Assembly: GCA_000002445.1 (NCBI GenBank)
Contig: CP000071.1
Location: 64,001 to 128,000 of the forward strand
Direction: 5' to 3'
DNA: 64,000 nucleotides
DNA from: Trypanosoma brucei
Lineage: Eukaryota
The notes beneath the pieces were generated by a model. It saw nothing but the letters and a program-made list of their open reading frames with translations. It did no database searches and was not told the DNA's origin. The translations under genes and the position numbers were made by a program. Below are positions 1 through 11,868 of the stretch, in pieces. Numbering within the stretch: position 1 is the first letter of the stretch; the number at the start of each line of letters is the position of its first letter.

Positions 1-214
1 TTGTGGGTATGGTAGTATTTTGAGAATTATAAGGATTTTTGCGTAATTTTATGAAATTTATAAAAATTGTTGAAATATTGAGAACATGAAAAATATTACA
101 AAGCTGAAATTTTGGTATAATAGTGGCCTATGGGTGTATAAGAGTCGGGTAAAAGGGTATGAAAAATTGAGATTCTAATTTTTTATATTTTGTCTTTTTT
201 ATCGATATTAATAA

Positions 215-465
215 GGGTTATAATATTTATAATATTTATAATAATAATAATAATAATAATAGGAAAGTGTTGTGAGTGTGTGAATATACTAACATTATAA
301 TAAGAACAGTGATAATAATAATAATGATAGAAAGTGTTATGAGAGCGAGTGTGTTTATACGAATATTATAATAAGAGCTGTAATAATGATAATGATAATA
401 ATATTAATAGTTATAGGAGAGTGTTGTGAGTGTATGCATATACTACTGTTATACTATGAGTTTTT
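215..465. repeat. VSG-associated 70-bp repeat tract, about 3.5 imperfect units with (TAA)n and GAGTGTTGTGAGTGTG..TATAC..ATATTATAATAAGA core
   Basis: Direct reading: repeated units at roughly 240-310, 310-375, 375-440 and 440-465 share the (TAA)n + GTGTTGTGAGTGTGT + ATATTATAATAAGA cores. Confidence 0.85.
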
Positions 466-1837
466 GTAGGGGCCAATTAGAGGAGAAAAAGAAAAGTCTT
501 TAATGTAATGGAAAGGAATGAATGAGAGGAAGTGAATGGGTTGGTTGTTTAGTTGTAGGGGAGAAATAAAATAGAATATGTCCATTTTCAAGTACAAAAA
601 AATGACTGTAAACGTCATCATATACAAGGAAATAATGTGGGGATAATAGGGGAGAGAGAATAACATATTCAGTCACATGAAATTGCTACTTTCTTCGGAG
701 TGATGGTGGACGTACATTTAGAATATAATGAAATACAAAGAGAAACAAGTAAATGTGCGGCAAATAAAAGAACAGAAAAATAATACAGGCTGAGATCGTA
801 CCACATATTTCACTGTATAATGGATAGATGTGACAAGTAAAATGATAATAGTGACTGTAGTTTCAAATATAATAGTGTATATTGATGTCCAGCAGTAACA
901 CAACCAAAATCATGAATAATGAGTTCTGTTAGTCAGAAATAATGTCCAAAACTTCTTCTTATCAGATATATTTCTAACAGCCAACATTTGCGTAATACAA
1001 TAAAATATAGCTGCGAGTGAAATTTTAAAACTGGAACTACTAATGTATTAACGACGTTTAAAAAAGCATGAAGACGCTGAACCTGCCAACAATAGAACAT
1101 ATATGACAGGATGTAGGAATACTATGAAGTACAAAAGTTTGTAATGATACTCTTTCAACTTCTTGCCAATATACTAAGGAGACACTAAGAACTTCAAAGG
1201 AAGGAGTAATAAATATAAAGATCCGGTAATTGTGAGTTGGTGGCGCGTATAAGTAAAGAAAAAACAACACGAAAAGCAATTTCAAACTCCAATTCTCCAG
1301 ATTTGACCGTCACCTCCACACAGCGAAACAAAATAATCAAAACCAGGAACAAATGGTCAACCATGTGCTGGAGCAACAGCAATGCCATCTTCTTATTCGA
1401 AGTGAAAATGAGCACTGCAAATTAAAAAATGAGAGAAAACAGCGAAAAAAACTAATCTTAAGTGTTTATATATAAAAATTATAAGTTATATTTAAGAAGT
1501 TTAATCGATAAGCTAAAAACACGATTTTTTACTACAAATGGTCAACTGACGATGTACAGCACACTTTTCTTTATTTTCAAACAATAAGCACCTTAAAACA
1601 AAAAACCTGAGGCGGCCACGATACAGACAAAGAAAGAGAAAAGTTAACCTGGATGAAATTCACTTTTGAAAAATCGCAGTTTAGAGAAAGTCCAGCAACT
1701 AAACACTAAAGCAAAAAAATTCAACTTAGCTGAAAGAGACTAAACGCTAACTCAGAAAGTTACGCGGAACATACGCACCTCTTCATGAAAGGATAGACAA
1801 CAAAACTTCTCCCTGAAATTTTAAGCAAAGAATAAAA

Positions 1838-3268
1838 ATGAAGAATAAACTAGCGATAGCAGTGCTCACTTTAATTGCGTCGTTTCGAGTGGTAAAAACA
1901 CAAAAAACTGCCGAACCATGTTCGACCGTCTGCGGCTGTGCCTACCGGCTAGAGCGCCGCACAAAGCACTACTCTGACGAGCTTGAACATGCGAAAGCCG
2001 GGGTCAGGGAGCTACGACGCCAGTTCTTAACATCAATAATAGCAGCAAATACGGGCACAGAACTAACACGCGGAAAGACCGTGCCAATTGTAGCAGCAGG
2101 AGCAGCTTTAGTAAGCGACTGCGAACAAGAAATATCAAACAAAGAAGCAGTCACAACAAAATTAGCTAATACGTCGGCGGCTGCAGCTGCTTTACTCCGT
2201 GGCTTACACTACATTAGCAAATCCAACGGCATTTACCACCTAAAGTGGTCAACCGGAGGCAACTTCAACAACGCGGCGAAAACGACTCAAAACTTTGCTG
2301 AGCTCAAAACGGACATCAGCTGCGGCGAACAGGAGGCAGAAGATAAAGATGTAAACGACAGAGACCCGCAGCGCAGCCAACCCGATATCCCAGACCTCCT
2401 AAACAAGGTGCATCTCACCAATGATTGCTTGCAGGCAGACCCGTCCACAAACTGCGGAAGCAACAGCTTAAGCTCAAGCAGCGAACTAAAATTCGGACTT
2501 GCATTAACAAGAGACCAGCCGGCCGACAGCGCAACATTTGCAACAGCGTGGAAAACGGCATTAAAAGTAACAGCGGCAGACTTTAAACTTGCAACCCAAG
2601 CAATAACAGACGCCAATAAGGCATTACAAGAGGCGAAAGAGGCACCAGCAGTCATCGCATGCAACAAAAGACTGGCAAACTACGGAGATATAGCAAGTAC
2701 AACCGTCTACAGACTATTCGTACTAAAAGCCTTAGCAGGAAAACCAATGGCGGAAAAAATCGAGCCAGCAGACGCGACTCTAATAGACAGTGCGATCGAA
2801 CAAGCCTACGGCAAAGCAGGAGCAACCTACGCAACAGAGTACTGGAAAGAGGTAGCAGCAACGCCAGTACCCAAGGGAGATGGTAAATCTGAAATAACAG
2901 AGGAAGTGAAGAAACTCCAAACAACGGCCTCACGTGGTGCAGCATTAGCGAGGATTTTTCTAAAAGAACAAGTCCAGAAACAGGAACAAGAAAAAACAAG
3001 CAAAAAAGTTGACGAAACGAAATCAGCAGATTGCAGTGACAAAAAGGGAACTGAGTGCACAGGAGATTGCGAACTGGATGGGGATATTTGCAAACTCAAA
3101 AAGAAAGTGGAGGGAATGAAAAAAGAGAATGAAGGAACAACAAACACAAGCACCACAGGAAGCAATTCTTTTGTCATTAACAGGGCCCCTCTTTTGCTTG
3201 CAGTTTTATTTTGCCATAACACCTTTACGCTTTTTTACCAATTTAATGAAATTTATAAGACTCACTAA
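1838..3268 (+). CDS. VSG: VSG (variant surface glycoprotein), 476-aa ORF with N-terminal signal peptide. The C-terminus reads ..TTGSNSFVINRAPLLLAVLF and then continues about 17 codons past the canonical stop position, so this is a possible pseudogene.
   Basis: Uninterrupted ATG-initiated ORF. Hydrophobic signal peptide MKNKLAIAVLTLIASF. Cys-rich C-terminal domain ending with the NTSTTGSNSFVI motif typical of VSG GPI-signal region. Conserved 16-mer at 3309-3324 downstream. 70-bp repeats 1.4 kb upstream. Confidence 0.85.
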   Translation: MKNKLAIAVLTLIASFRVVKTQKTAEPCSTVCGCAYRLERRTKHYSDELEHAKAGVRELRRQFLTSIIAANTGTELTRGKTVPIVAAGAALVSDCEQEISNKEAVTTKLANTSAAAAALLRGLHYISKSNGIYHLKWSTGGNFNNAAKTTQNFAELKTDISCGEQEAEDKDVNDRDPQRSQPDIPDLLNKVHLTNDCLQADPSTNCGSNSLSSSSELKFGLALTRDQPADSATFATAWKTALKVTAADFKLATQAITDANKALQEAKEAPAVIACNKRLANYGDIASTTVYRLFVLKALAGKPMAEKIEPADATLIDSAIEQAYGKAGATYATEYWKEVAATPVPKGDGKSEITEEVKKLQTTASRGAALARIFLKEQVQKQEQEKTSKKVDETKSADCSDKKGTECTGDCELDGDICKLKKKVEGMKKENEGTTNTSTTGSNSFVINRAPLLLAVLFCHNTFTLFYQFNEIYKTH

Positions 3269-3308
3269 ATTTTCTACTTCGGGAGAATTTCTTGAAATCC
3301 TTTAAATT

Positions 3309-3324
3309 ATATATATTTTAACAC
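3309..3324 (+). promoter_or_regulatory. VSG 3'UTR conserved 16-mer-like element (TATATATTTTAACAC)
   Basis: Near-exact match to TGATATATTTTAACAC, about 40 bp after the VSG stop region. Confidence 0.6.
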
Positions 3325-3524
3325 TTTTTGATTATATGTGCAAACATGCAAAATTTTTCATAAATTTAAAACTTTAATGTTTTGTAAAATGTGCATGATA
3401 GTTGTCTCTGGGTGTAAATAAGTAGTATGGTGATATGATTGAGAAAGAATAGCGATATTATGAAACTTTTCTAATTTTAATTTCTGTTTACTTTACGTAT
3501 ATTAATTAGGTTTCCTACAGTAAT

Positions 3525-3590
3525 TGTTATAATAATAATAGGAGAGTGTTGTGTGTGTGTATATACAAATATTATAAGAAAAGTCTTTGT
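3525..3590. repeat. single 70-bp repeat unit
   Basis: aataataataggagagtgttgtgtgtgtgtatatacaaatattataagaaaag. Confidence 0.8.
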
Positions 3591-3669
3591 TAATATTCAA
3601 TGTATGGGCTGTAACAATAAAAGTGGTAAAAACAATGGTAAAGGTGGTTAGAAACCGGGGGAGAAGAGG

Positions 3670-3882
3670 GTGAATAAGGAATATATTAAAGGAAGAACGC
3701 AGAAATGCACAGAGAGAAAGGAAGATAAAACATCCGCAGTTTCAAAAAAATATGACGCTGTCAAATATAATACGCGACCAGATACTGAAGGAGACAAAAA
3801 GGGACTGACAGACTGCAGTGTACCAACCAAATTGATGTACTGCAACTACCACAGAGGAGAAGTGCAAGTGGAAGGCGAATAA
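3670..3882 (+). pseudogene. orphan VSG C-terminal-domain-like fragment (frameshifted ..EKCKWKANN reading present)
   Basis: Lys/Glu/Thr/Cys-rich 70-aa ORF. An alternative frame at 3850-3880 gives EKCKW.., resembling the CKWEG motif of VSG C-terminal domains. No N-terminal domain is attached. Confidence 0.35.
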
Positions 3883-5196
3883 CAGCACCGTTGCGAATAT
3901 GCTTTCATTAACTTTCTGAAAAACGCGTTAATTTCTCTCAATACACTACTACAAACAAACAGCTTTCTAACATTAGAATTCTGCTGAAAAAGAGATAAAA
4001 TGCGCCTAAAAATTTGCTTCTTACTAGAATTCAGCACACAAAGGCTGCTATAGCAGAAAATCAAGGAGCTGGTAATTGCGCAAAACCTTGAGACAACTTG
4101 AATAACACGCACTCAATCTAAAATGTATAGAGGAAAATGAGATAATGCATCTGAAAATCGAAGTAAAAATAAATTAAACCGACATTTCATTAAAAGTAGT
4201 GTATCGACAGTAACTATTTGACTCCGACACTCAAGTAAATTGTAAAGGTTACTAGATAAAAAGGCCCGACTTAGAATAACGCAATTGGATTCATCCGAGC
4301 AGTAGAAACTGGTAAAGAGCGCTAATTTCTCTGAAGCACTTCGTCCCTACACTACGTTTTGTACAGTTAATGTTACAAGCGAGGAATAAACGGGCGGTGA
4401 ATTTAAACAAATAGTATAAATGGCAGAAGCGGTGGCATTCAAGTTTCAAAGAAAAGGAGTATCCAGTAAAAGAGAACCGCGTAAACAAATCAAAGTGCAG
4501 TGTGTACGTACGCAAGAAAGCAAATAACACACATATAATGCGGAGCTGAATTGAGTGTGTTAATGGTAGGCGAAATTTCAAAGTAACATGGGGTAAGGCG
4601 ATGAAAAAATGCTTACAGCCCTAAAAGGAGGCCACACTTTACTTAAAAATAGGTTGAAAAAATACTTGAAATAGTGGCGGCTGTAATTTACAGTATGATG
4701 CTGGATCCACACAGTCTACAAAAATTGAGCTGATACAGCTTTAAAATGTAAATGAGGAAAAAGTATGAGAAATGTGAAATAGAGGTAATATAAAGGGCAT
4801 TTGATATATAAGTGAAAAAATTAAAAACACGCTTTTCATACAACCAAAAACACACCAACAGCACCAAGAAAAATAAAAAATTCTTTAATCAACTCAAAAC
4901 GCAATAAACGTTGCTGAGAATGGCCGTGAATTTTCTGAGGCTGCATAGCGAGGTGCAGCCACTGTCTAAGACCAAAAGTTAACTGCAACCAGTTTTGGCG
5001 GCAAATGACCGGCAGCAGCTCGTCGACTGGCGAGCCAAAAGAAGCGCTACGGAAGAACAGACCTCTAAAGGGAGTACTCACTGCGTGGCATAACCGGAAA
5101 TAAAACGCCCTGACAAGTCACTAAGTTTCTAGGATTTACACGTAAGCGCCGTTCTTTATCCCTGAACCAATAAAATTAGGCAAAAGACGAACAAGA

Positions 5197-6716
5197 ATGG
5201 CAACAGTCAGCTTAATAACCGCCGCCCTATTGGCGACTGCTAATTTTTGCAAAGCAACGCTCACTGACGGAATAAATGCACCCATTTTTACTGACCTTTG
5301 CCCAGTGTTGAACTGGGCAGAAAACGGCGTGACATTATATGTGGATGCCTCAAGCGAAGAGCAAGATTACATGGATATTCAAAAACTAAACATGACATTG
5401 GCACCAGACGAATGGCGGACAAAGTTCAACAAGAACGAGCAAGGCAAAACAACAAAAACAGCAGAGCAAGACCATCCAAAAGACGAAATGGCTGCGCAGC
5501 TATGGGAAACCTAGGTAGCTGTTGCGAACCAGCTCAAAGAAACAGCACAAAGAGATGAGGTCCTCGAGGCTGCAAAACTCAAAGAAGCGTCGCAGCCAAC
5601 ACGCAAGCAAGCAAGGCAAAGAGCAGCAACAGCAGCAGCGGCAGCCTACGTACTGAGAAGGACACTGACCGCAATACCCGGAAGGCCTGGCGACAATGAA
5701 GCAGCCGAAATAAAGAAACTCATAGACTCAGCTGTTTATGGCAAATCCCCAAAAGGTGTAGCCGCCGACTTTAATCCAGCCGGCATGGGAGACCCCGCGA
5801 CGAGCCGTGCGCCGCTGTGCGAAACAACAGGCTCGAACAAAGTAGCAACACTCGTAGAAGTTGCAGTTTGTCTGTGCACAAAAAAGAACGACGCCGGCAC
5901 AGCAGTCAACGAACCGTGCCGACACCTGCAAAGCGGAGCAGAAGTAGCTTTTCCAACAGCAACAAACCAGGTGCTAGCAAAGTACAACGATGTATTCAAG
6001 CAATGCAACCACAAGCTGCCCACGCCCATATCAGCGGCCATCGTAGCGGCGACGGTCGCGAAACTGCGGAGCTACTTCAACCACCAGACAGCGGCCACAT
6101 ACCTGGGCGCATACATAAACACCGGCTGCACCGGTGACAATAACGCCGGCGTATGCGTAAAATACGGCGGTATCACGGACGCTGACCCGTCCGAAACAAA
6201 CGACATAGGCTGGCTGCACAACCTCAACGCCGCAGGTCTGCGGCTGCGGAAGATCGAAACTTACAACAGAAAAGCGGCACCACTAAAAGCAAAACTCAGA
6301 AGTCTGAGAGATGACATTTACAACTTCGCAGCAATAAAAGCAGCTCTACCCCAAGAGAACGGGGAAAGTGGTTCACTTGCAACCCCAGGTCACTGCGACT
6401 GATAGCAAAGCAGAGGCAGTTAGCTGCAGCAAGCACAAAAACAACAAAACTGCCAGTACAGCCTCTAACTGCAAATGGAAAGGGAAAACTGACACAGATG
6501 GAACATGCGAAGTAGATGATAGTAAAGTTACAACTCAGAAAATGTGGCAAGAGCAGGAGATTGAACTGCAGGGAAATTTGCTCCGAAAAAATTAGAAGCG
6601 CGTGCAGAGATGGTTGCAAACGGGAGGGTGAAACATGCAAAGATTCAAGTCTTCTCGTCAATAAGAAATTGGCTCTGAGTATGGTTGCTGCATCTGTAAG
6701 TTTAGTAGCATTATAA
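5197..6716 (+). pseudogene. VSG: VSG pseudogene (B-type-like N-terminal domain, frameshifts and stops, C-terminus ..SSLLVNKKLALSMVAASVSLVAL)
   Basis: ORF fragments 5197-5514 (signal peptide + N-terminus), 5785-6402, 6368-6595 and 6516-6716 lie in different frames. The canonical FLVNKKxAL..VSL hydrophobic tail is present. Exact 16-mer at 6770-6785. Confidence 0.85.
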
Positions 6717-6769
6717 CATTCTAAGGATTTTGGAACAAATTTATGAAATTTGCTACATTTGATAAAATG

Positions 6770-6785
6770 TGATATATTTTAACAC
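6770..6785 (+). promoter_or_regulatory. VSG 3'UTR conserved 16-mer TGATATATTTTAACAC (exact)
   Basis: Exact match read directly. Confidence 0.8.
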
Positions 6786-6964
6786 TTTCTTTATTGAAAA
6801 TGTAGAAATTTTTAAACACTCAAAGATATAAAATTTTTTTATGATAGTGGTCTATAAGTGAAAAGTATTAGAATGATATGGTATGAAAAATTAGTGATAT
6901 TTTAGTTTTTTGTGTTTAATTATAAACATTAAACAAGTTTATAAAACTAAAAAGAGTTAAGAAC

Positions 6965-7035
6965 AAAATAATAATGATAATATAACGTTGTGTATATATA
7001 CTAATATTATAATAAGAGGTGTGATAATTACCCAA
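6965..7035. repeat. single degenerate 70-bp repeat unit
   Basis: aataatgataatataacgttgtgtatatatactaatattataataagaggtgtgataat. Confidence 0.7.
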
Positions 7036-8809
7036 TTAGCGGTTAAAATATTGAAATAATGTAATGAGAGTGATTGAGTAGAATATACAGAGTATCAAAG
7101 GCCACTAATATTATTAATAAGAGAGGCACATAATTCAAAAGATAAAAGGGTGTGAAATGTACAGAATTACAAACATAAACATGAAGATAGGCGTAATATT
7201 ACGCATGGAGATTATGCAAGTAATATTGAGAGAGAGAAAAAACAACTGTACAGTAAAGTGGTGTTTCTAATTTTTATGAGGTCATTTTTGCAGTAAAGAA
7301 AAAACGAAAATATTGAATGAAATAAAAGTATATGTGACAAATGGGTTTACAATAGCGGAGTGTATGATGCAAGAGGAAATAGTGCGCTGTATTTAAACGG
7401 AAAGGAAAAGATGCTACCTAAACGATGGACACAATGGTAGTATTTAGCTTTGTGGCAGATCTTAGTGCCCAACTGTGAAGAAGAAACAGGACCAGGAGAA
7501 AGGGGCTGAGTAAGTTTGTGGTAATGTTGAAATGATGTTCTCATCAGCTATTGTAACAATGGTCTTCACTTGTTAGTCGCTATTAAATATTATCACCAAA
7601 TTTATTTTTACTAGAATTACCAATGAAGTTTTGTGGATGGCAAAACAAGGCATCAAATTTCGGAAATTGCTTAAAATAATGCATGTATCAAGCGACAGAG
7701 GGGGTTTATCAAGTACAGAAAGTTTCAAATAATGCATCATTAATTTCATATTTATGTACTTTTCAAACATAAAGAGCTTTCAGAGAGCTGATAATTAACG
7801 TAAAAGAAGTCGCTGACTCAAAGCTAAGAGAGTGTTTTGACGAAAACAGATCAACAAATCAAACACTTTCGATAGTCAATCACATAGTATCAAGCGTAAG
7901 AAACGTACAAGTTAGAGGCTTTTGAACGAAATTTAATAAGAATAGTGTATACGGAAAAAATGTTTATTGCTACTGAAGTAGAAGCTATTAGAAACAATGT
8001 GACAGCAGAAAGGAAAGGTTACAAATAACAGACGTTTAATGTTTTAGAGCTAGTGAAAATTTAAGTGGCTTGTAGATATGAAATAGTGAAGTTGTAGAAT
8101 AATAAACTGTAATATTATGTGCACAAAAACCAAATACAAGCTAGATTATTGGAGAGGACACAAATAAGTCCGCCAAGAAATAGCCCTCAACGCGAAAAAC
8201 ACAGAGGACTGGCAGCATACCTCCAACAACAGCAAAACTCTACGGCAGACCATCATGCACAGCTAAGTGCTTTTTGCTGTTTTGGAAGCAAGCCGCATCA
8301 AGTGCAAGACACTAGTAGCTGCTGACTGCCTTAAAGCTGCTCGCTGTTTTCTCGGAGTAGCCTGACACCACTCAAAAAATTGAAGGCGTTGCACCTGTTC
8401 AACATCCGGCCACTGTGGTCCTTGGCACAGTAATGGTAAATACAATAGGCGGAAAATCGAAAAGAAACGTAGAGTCCGTATGACACCAATAGGCTTGTCT
8501 AACAACCCACAATGGTTACTTTTTCAAACCCATTAAGGTGCGCGCAAGCGGATCAATTGAATTGCAACGGACAACCGAAACTTGTCCCGCCGCGAAAAAT
8601 GTCGAAGATGCTTCAGAAAAGCGATGCTTATTTTTACCCCTATTGAAGTGCCACAACGATAAACCACCAATAAAACTGCATGCCGCAGGCAAAACGGAGC
8701 GCGATGTAAAAAGATCAAATACTATGCCACTAAGAAACTCCAGGGGTAACTCTCTTTTTGAAAAGCAACAAGAAGACAACGATAAGGACTTAGGGAATTC
8801 TAAATAGCT

Positions 8810-10211
8810 ATGATAGCCCAAGCACTTAAAATTCTTGCATTCACAACAGCCATTCTAGCGGCTGCGCTGCACCCAACTGGCAAGCAGCCAAAAGGTGCCT
8901 GCGATGCCCGAGACGACCTACGGACCATAGTAAGCAGCCTACAAACGGCAATGCGGCAGCAGGAAGAACAGATCAGGGTTGGAACACAGCAGGTAACGCG
9001 GCTACATATAATGGCGGCTATTCACGGAAAAGAATGAACCAAGCGGTACAGACCGCTGGGGGCCGCAGCGGCGGCCAGAGTAAACAGAGCGAGCGCGTCT
9101 GTAAGCGCTGCTCAGAGCGCTACATACGAGGCAGCACAAGCAATAAGCGAACTGGCAGGCATGCAAGAGCTGGTAGCGGACCTAGCGGCACGAAAAGTGC
9201 AAGACAAACCGGCTTCAACGTTCAGCGGCTGGGCGGCAAACGGCGTACAAATCAAGCTCAACAGCCTGGGGAAAGACAGCAACAACTGTGCAAAAAACTA
9301 GAACAGCCCAGGCAAACAGACAAACAGCAGCGAGGCAGCTACACGAAGGACACCCACAAATACAGCTCTATCACCTCGCAGCGGAACCAGACGTAAGTTC
9401 ATCTGGCCCGGGCGGACGAAAGATATGCCCGGTCGCTTCCGGCAGCAGCGCATCCGCGAGCGGAACGCAGGGCAATAGCAACAGCGCTCTACTAACAACA
9501 GGCCCAATTGTAAAGGAAGAACAGGCAGTATACCGGGTAGAAACGGCAGACCTTAACTCATACACGCGGGCCACTAGCAAGCCAGCAGGCATAGTGCCGA
9601 CACAAGCCGACGTGGAGAAAGTGCTGGCAAAACTAAGGGCCGCCGAGAAGCTGACCGCAACACTTACCTTCAAAGTGGCACAACTAGAAGAAGCGACGCT
9701 CGCAGCAGATGAAGAGACAGCCGAGATGATTCAGCAAATAATAGCACCCGGAAGCAAGTCTACGGCTATGGGAGACGACGAAGCAAAAATTAAAAGTCAC
9801 AAAACCCAATACTACGGCGAAAATGGTGAAAAGCTCGCAGCAGGAGTGTAGAAAATGATTAAAAGCCAGCAGATAGCCCCTGAAGTGTCGAGCGCGAGTC
9901 CACAGACGGCCCTGAACGCTCTAACCGCCGACGAGCAGCTGTCACGAACTCTCAATCACCACATTAGTCAAAACATTAGGTCCAAAACAGAAGATGAGCA
10001 GAAAAGTTCAAAGACAGAGGAAGAAGAATGCAGTAGCAAAAAGGGAACTAAGTGCACAGGAGATTTCCTTATGGTAGAAGGAGTTTGCACGCCCAAAAAG
10101 AAAGGAGAGGGAGAAAACAAAGGTAAATATGGGACAACAAACACCACAGGACGCAATTCTTTCGTCATTTACAAGGTTTCTCTTTTGCTTGTATTTTTGA
10201 TTTGGAGATAA
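8810..10211 (+). pseudogene. VSG: VSG pseudogene (multiple frameshifts; C-terminus ..GTTNTTGRNSFVIYKVSLLLVFLIWR)
   Basis: Signal-peptide-like start MIAQALKILAFTTAILAAA. Fragmented ORFs 8810-9037, 9288-9851 and 9855-10211 in different frames. C-terminal NTTG.NSFVI + hydrophobic tail motif. Confidence 0.8.
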
Positions 10212-10334
10212 AAAATATTTAGGATTTTTGCTCAAATTTATGAATTTTATGAAACTTGCTATTTTTTAAATAATTTTTCAAGATATAAAAGATGGTGGTC
10301 AGAATGTGTAATGTAGTTGGGTAATACTGTATGA

Positions 10335-10395
10335 ATAGTAATGGTAATGATAGGAATGTTTGTGAGTATGTATGTACTAATATTATAATTAAATT
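10335..10395. repeat. single degenerate 70-bp repeat unit
   Basis: aatggtaatgataggaatgtttgtgagtatgtatgtactaatattataatt. Confidence 0.7.
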
Positions 10396-11868
10396 GGTAG
10401 ACCTCAAGGAATTGTATTTAAAAAATGGAGAAACACAAAGGCAGAGGGGACGAGAGATAAAATATGCTCATTTTTAAACAAAGCATGGAGATAAATATCA
10501 TAACACACAAGAAGGTGATGGAAGGAACAGTGAGGGACTAAGGGTTTGGTGTAAAGGTGAAATGGGTGTCGCTACGTTATCCGCAGTAATTGAAATAGAC
10601 GAAAAATATGGAAAGAATATATGTAATAAAACGACTGTAGAGGCAGAAAAATAGCGGAGGGAATACCGTAGGTAAGGTCCTAAGATTTATCTAAATGATC
10701 ATTTGTCATAGTTATTAATACGGCTAAGAATCAAGCTTACAAACAAGCAGTTGATAATCGAACCTACCCATGCAGAAAGTGCTAAAAGAAACATTAAATA
10801 CAAGGAGAAAGCACCAAGATTGAGAAACAATAAAAACATAAAATAGTTGTTAGAAATAATAAGATAACGTTGGAATCATAAATTATTAGAAATAATTAGC
10901 CTTATTGTCTCCTACACGTGAGCAAATATTCGACGTTATTAGATAGACGCAAACATTTTGTTATTATCTAGATTCAACCGTTTAAATGGTTGAAAACCCA
11001 ATTTCACGAGATATTGAGTAGAATAGAAGTTATATAGGTTAGAATAGTGCAGAAGATTTTATTTTACAAAGCGAAAAATAGTGTAATGTGGCCATTTATA
11101 AAAGATATTTCATCCTTACTACAGCTTTTAGTAGCGTAAATTTAAAGTAATAATTGTAAATGAAATGCAAAAACAGAAACATTTATATTGCAGTATGAAA
11201 GCGAAACCAACCACTAATCAAGGCGCCACCATAGAGAAATAAGCAAGCCAGGAGATAACGGCAACCACGGCTTGTCAGACACACTCCATCTTTGTAACAG
11301 CAGCCAAATTAGCTCAAGACACACTGAAAAAGCAAATAAGAACAAACCCCACCAACAGCGAGCAGCAAACGGCTGGAACGAAAGAAGCGGAAAAGACGTG
11401 CTTGACGAGGCAATGACGCAGAACAACTGGTATAATGATAGCGTATATTGTCTGGAATACCGTAGTGCAATTCTTTAAGTAGCTCAGCCGGGAAGCTACT
11501 ATGAAGAAAAGGGCAACGTACCACATTCAAAACACATGTGGCAGCATAAGGTTGCACTTTTTCAATCCGCAATCACAGCAGAAAAGGACGTTCCCAAAAC
11601 AACAGGAGGTTCATTCACAAAGTAGTACAAGAAAACACAAATATAACGACACAATAGACCACCAATCTCCAAAAAAAAGCGGAGACACCTTCCCTCACAG
11701 CGCAATATACAGTCAAGTTTAAGGAATGGCAGATTCCACAGGAGAAGGTCAGCACTGTTTTAGCAAAGAACACCACCAGCCATCAAGATTTCCCCCTTTT
11801 TTTTACGCCATTAAAGGCACCAACATCTACAGCAACAAGATTCAGTCTAACAAACGACGCGACACAGC

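Noticed and set aside
2652..2999. Long minus-strand ORFs overlapping VSG coding regions (e.g. 2652-2999, 27245-27838, 31516-31941, 45188-45538, 54941-55324)
   Set aside because: They are antisense to well-supported VSG frames and have low-complexity Leu/Ser/Arg/Cys-rich translations. They are a by-product of the GCN/GCA-rich sense frame and not genes.
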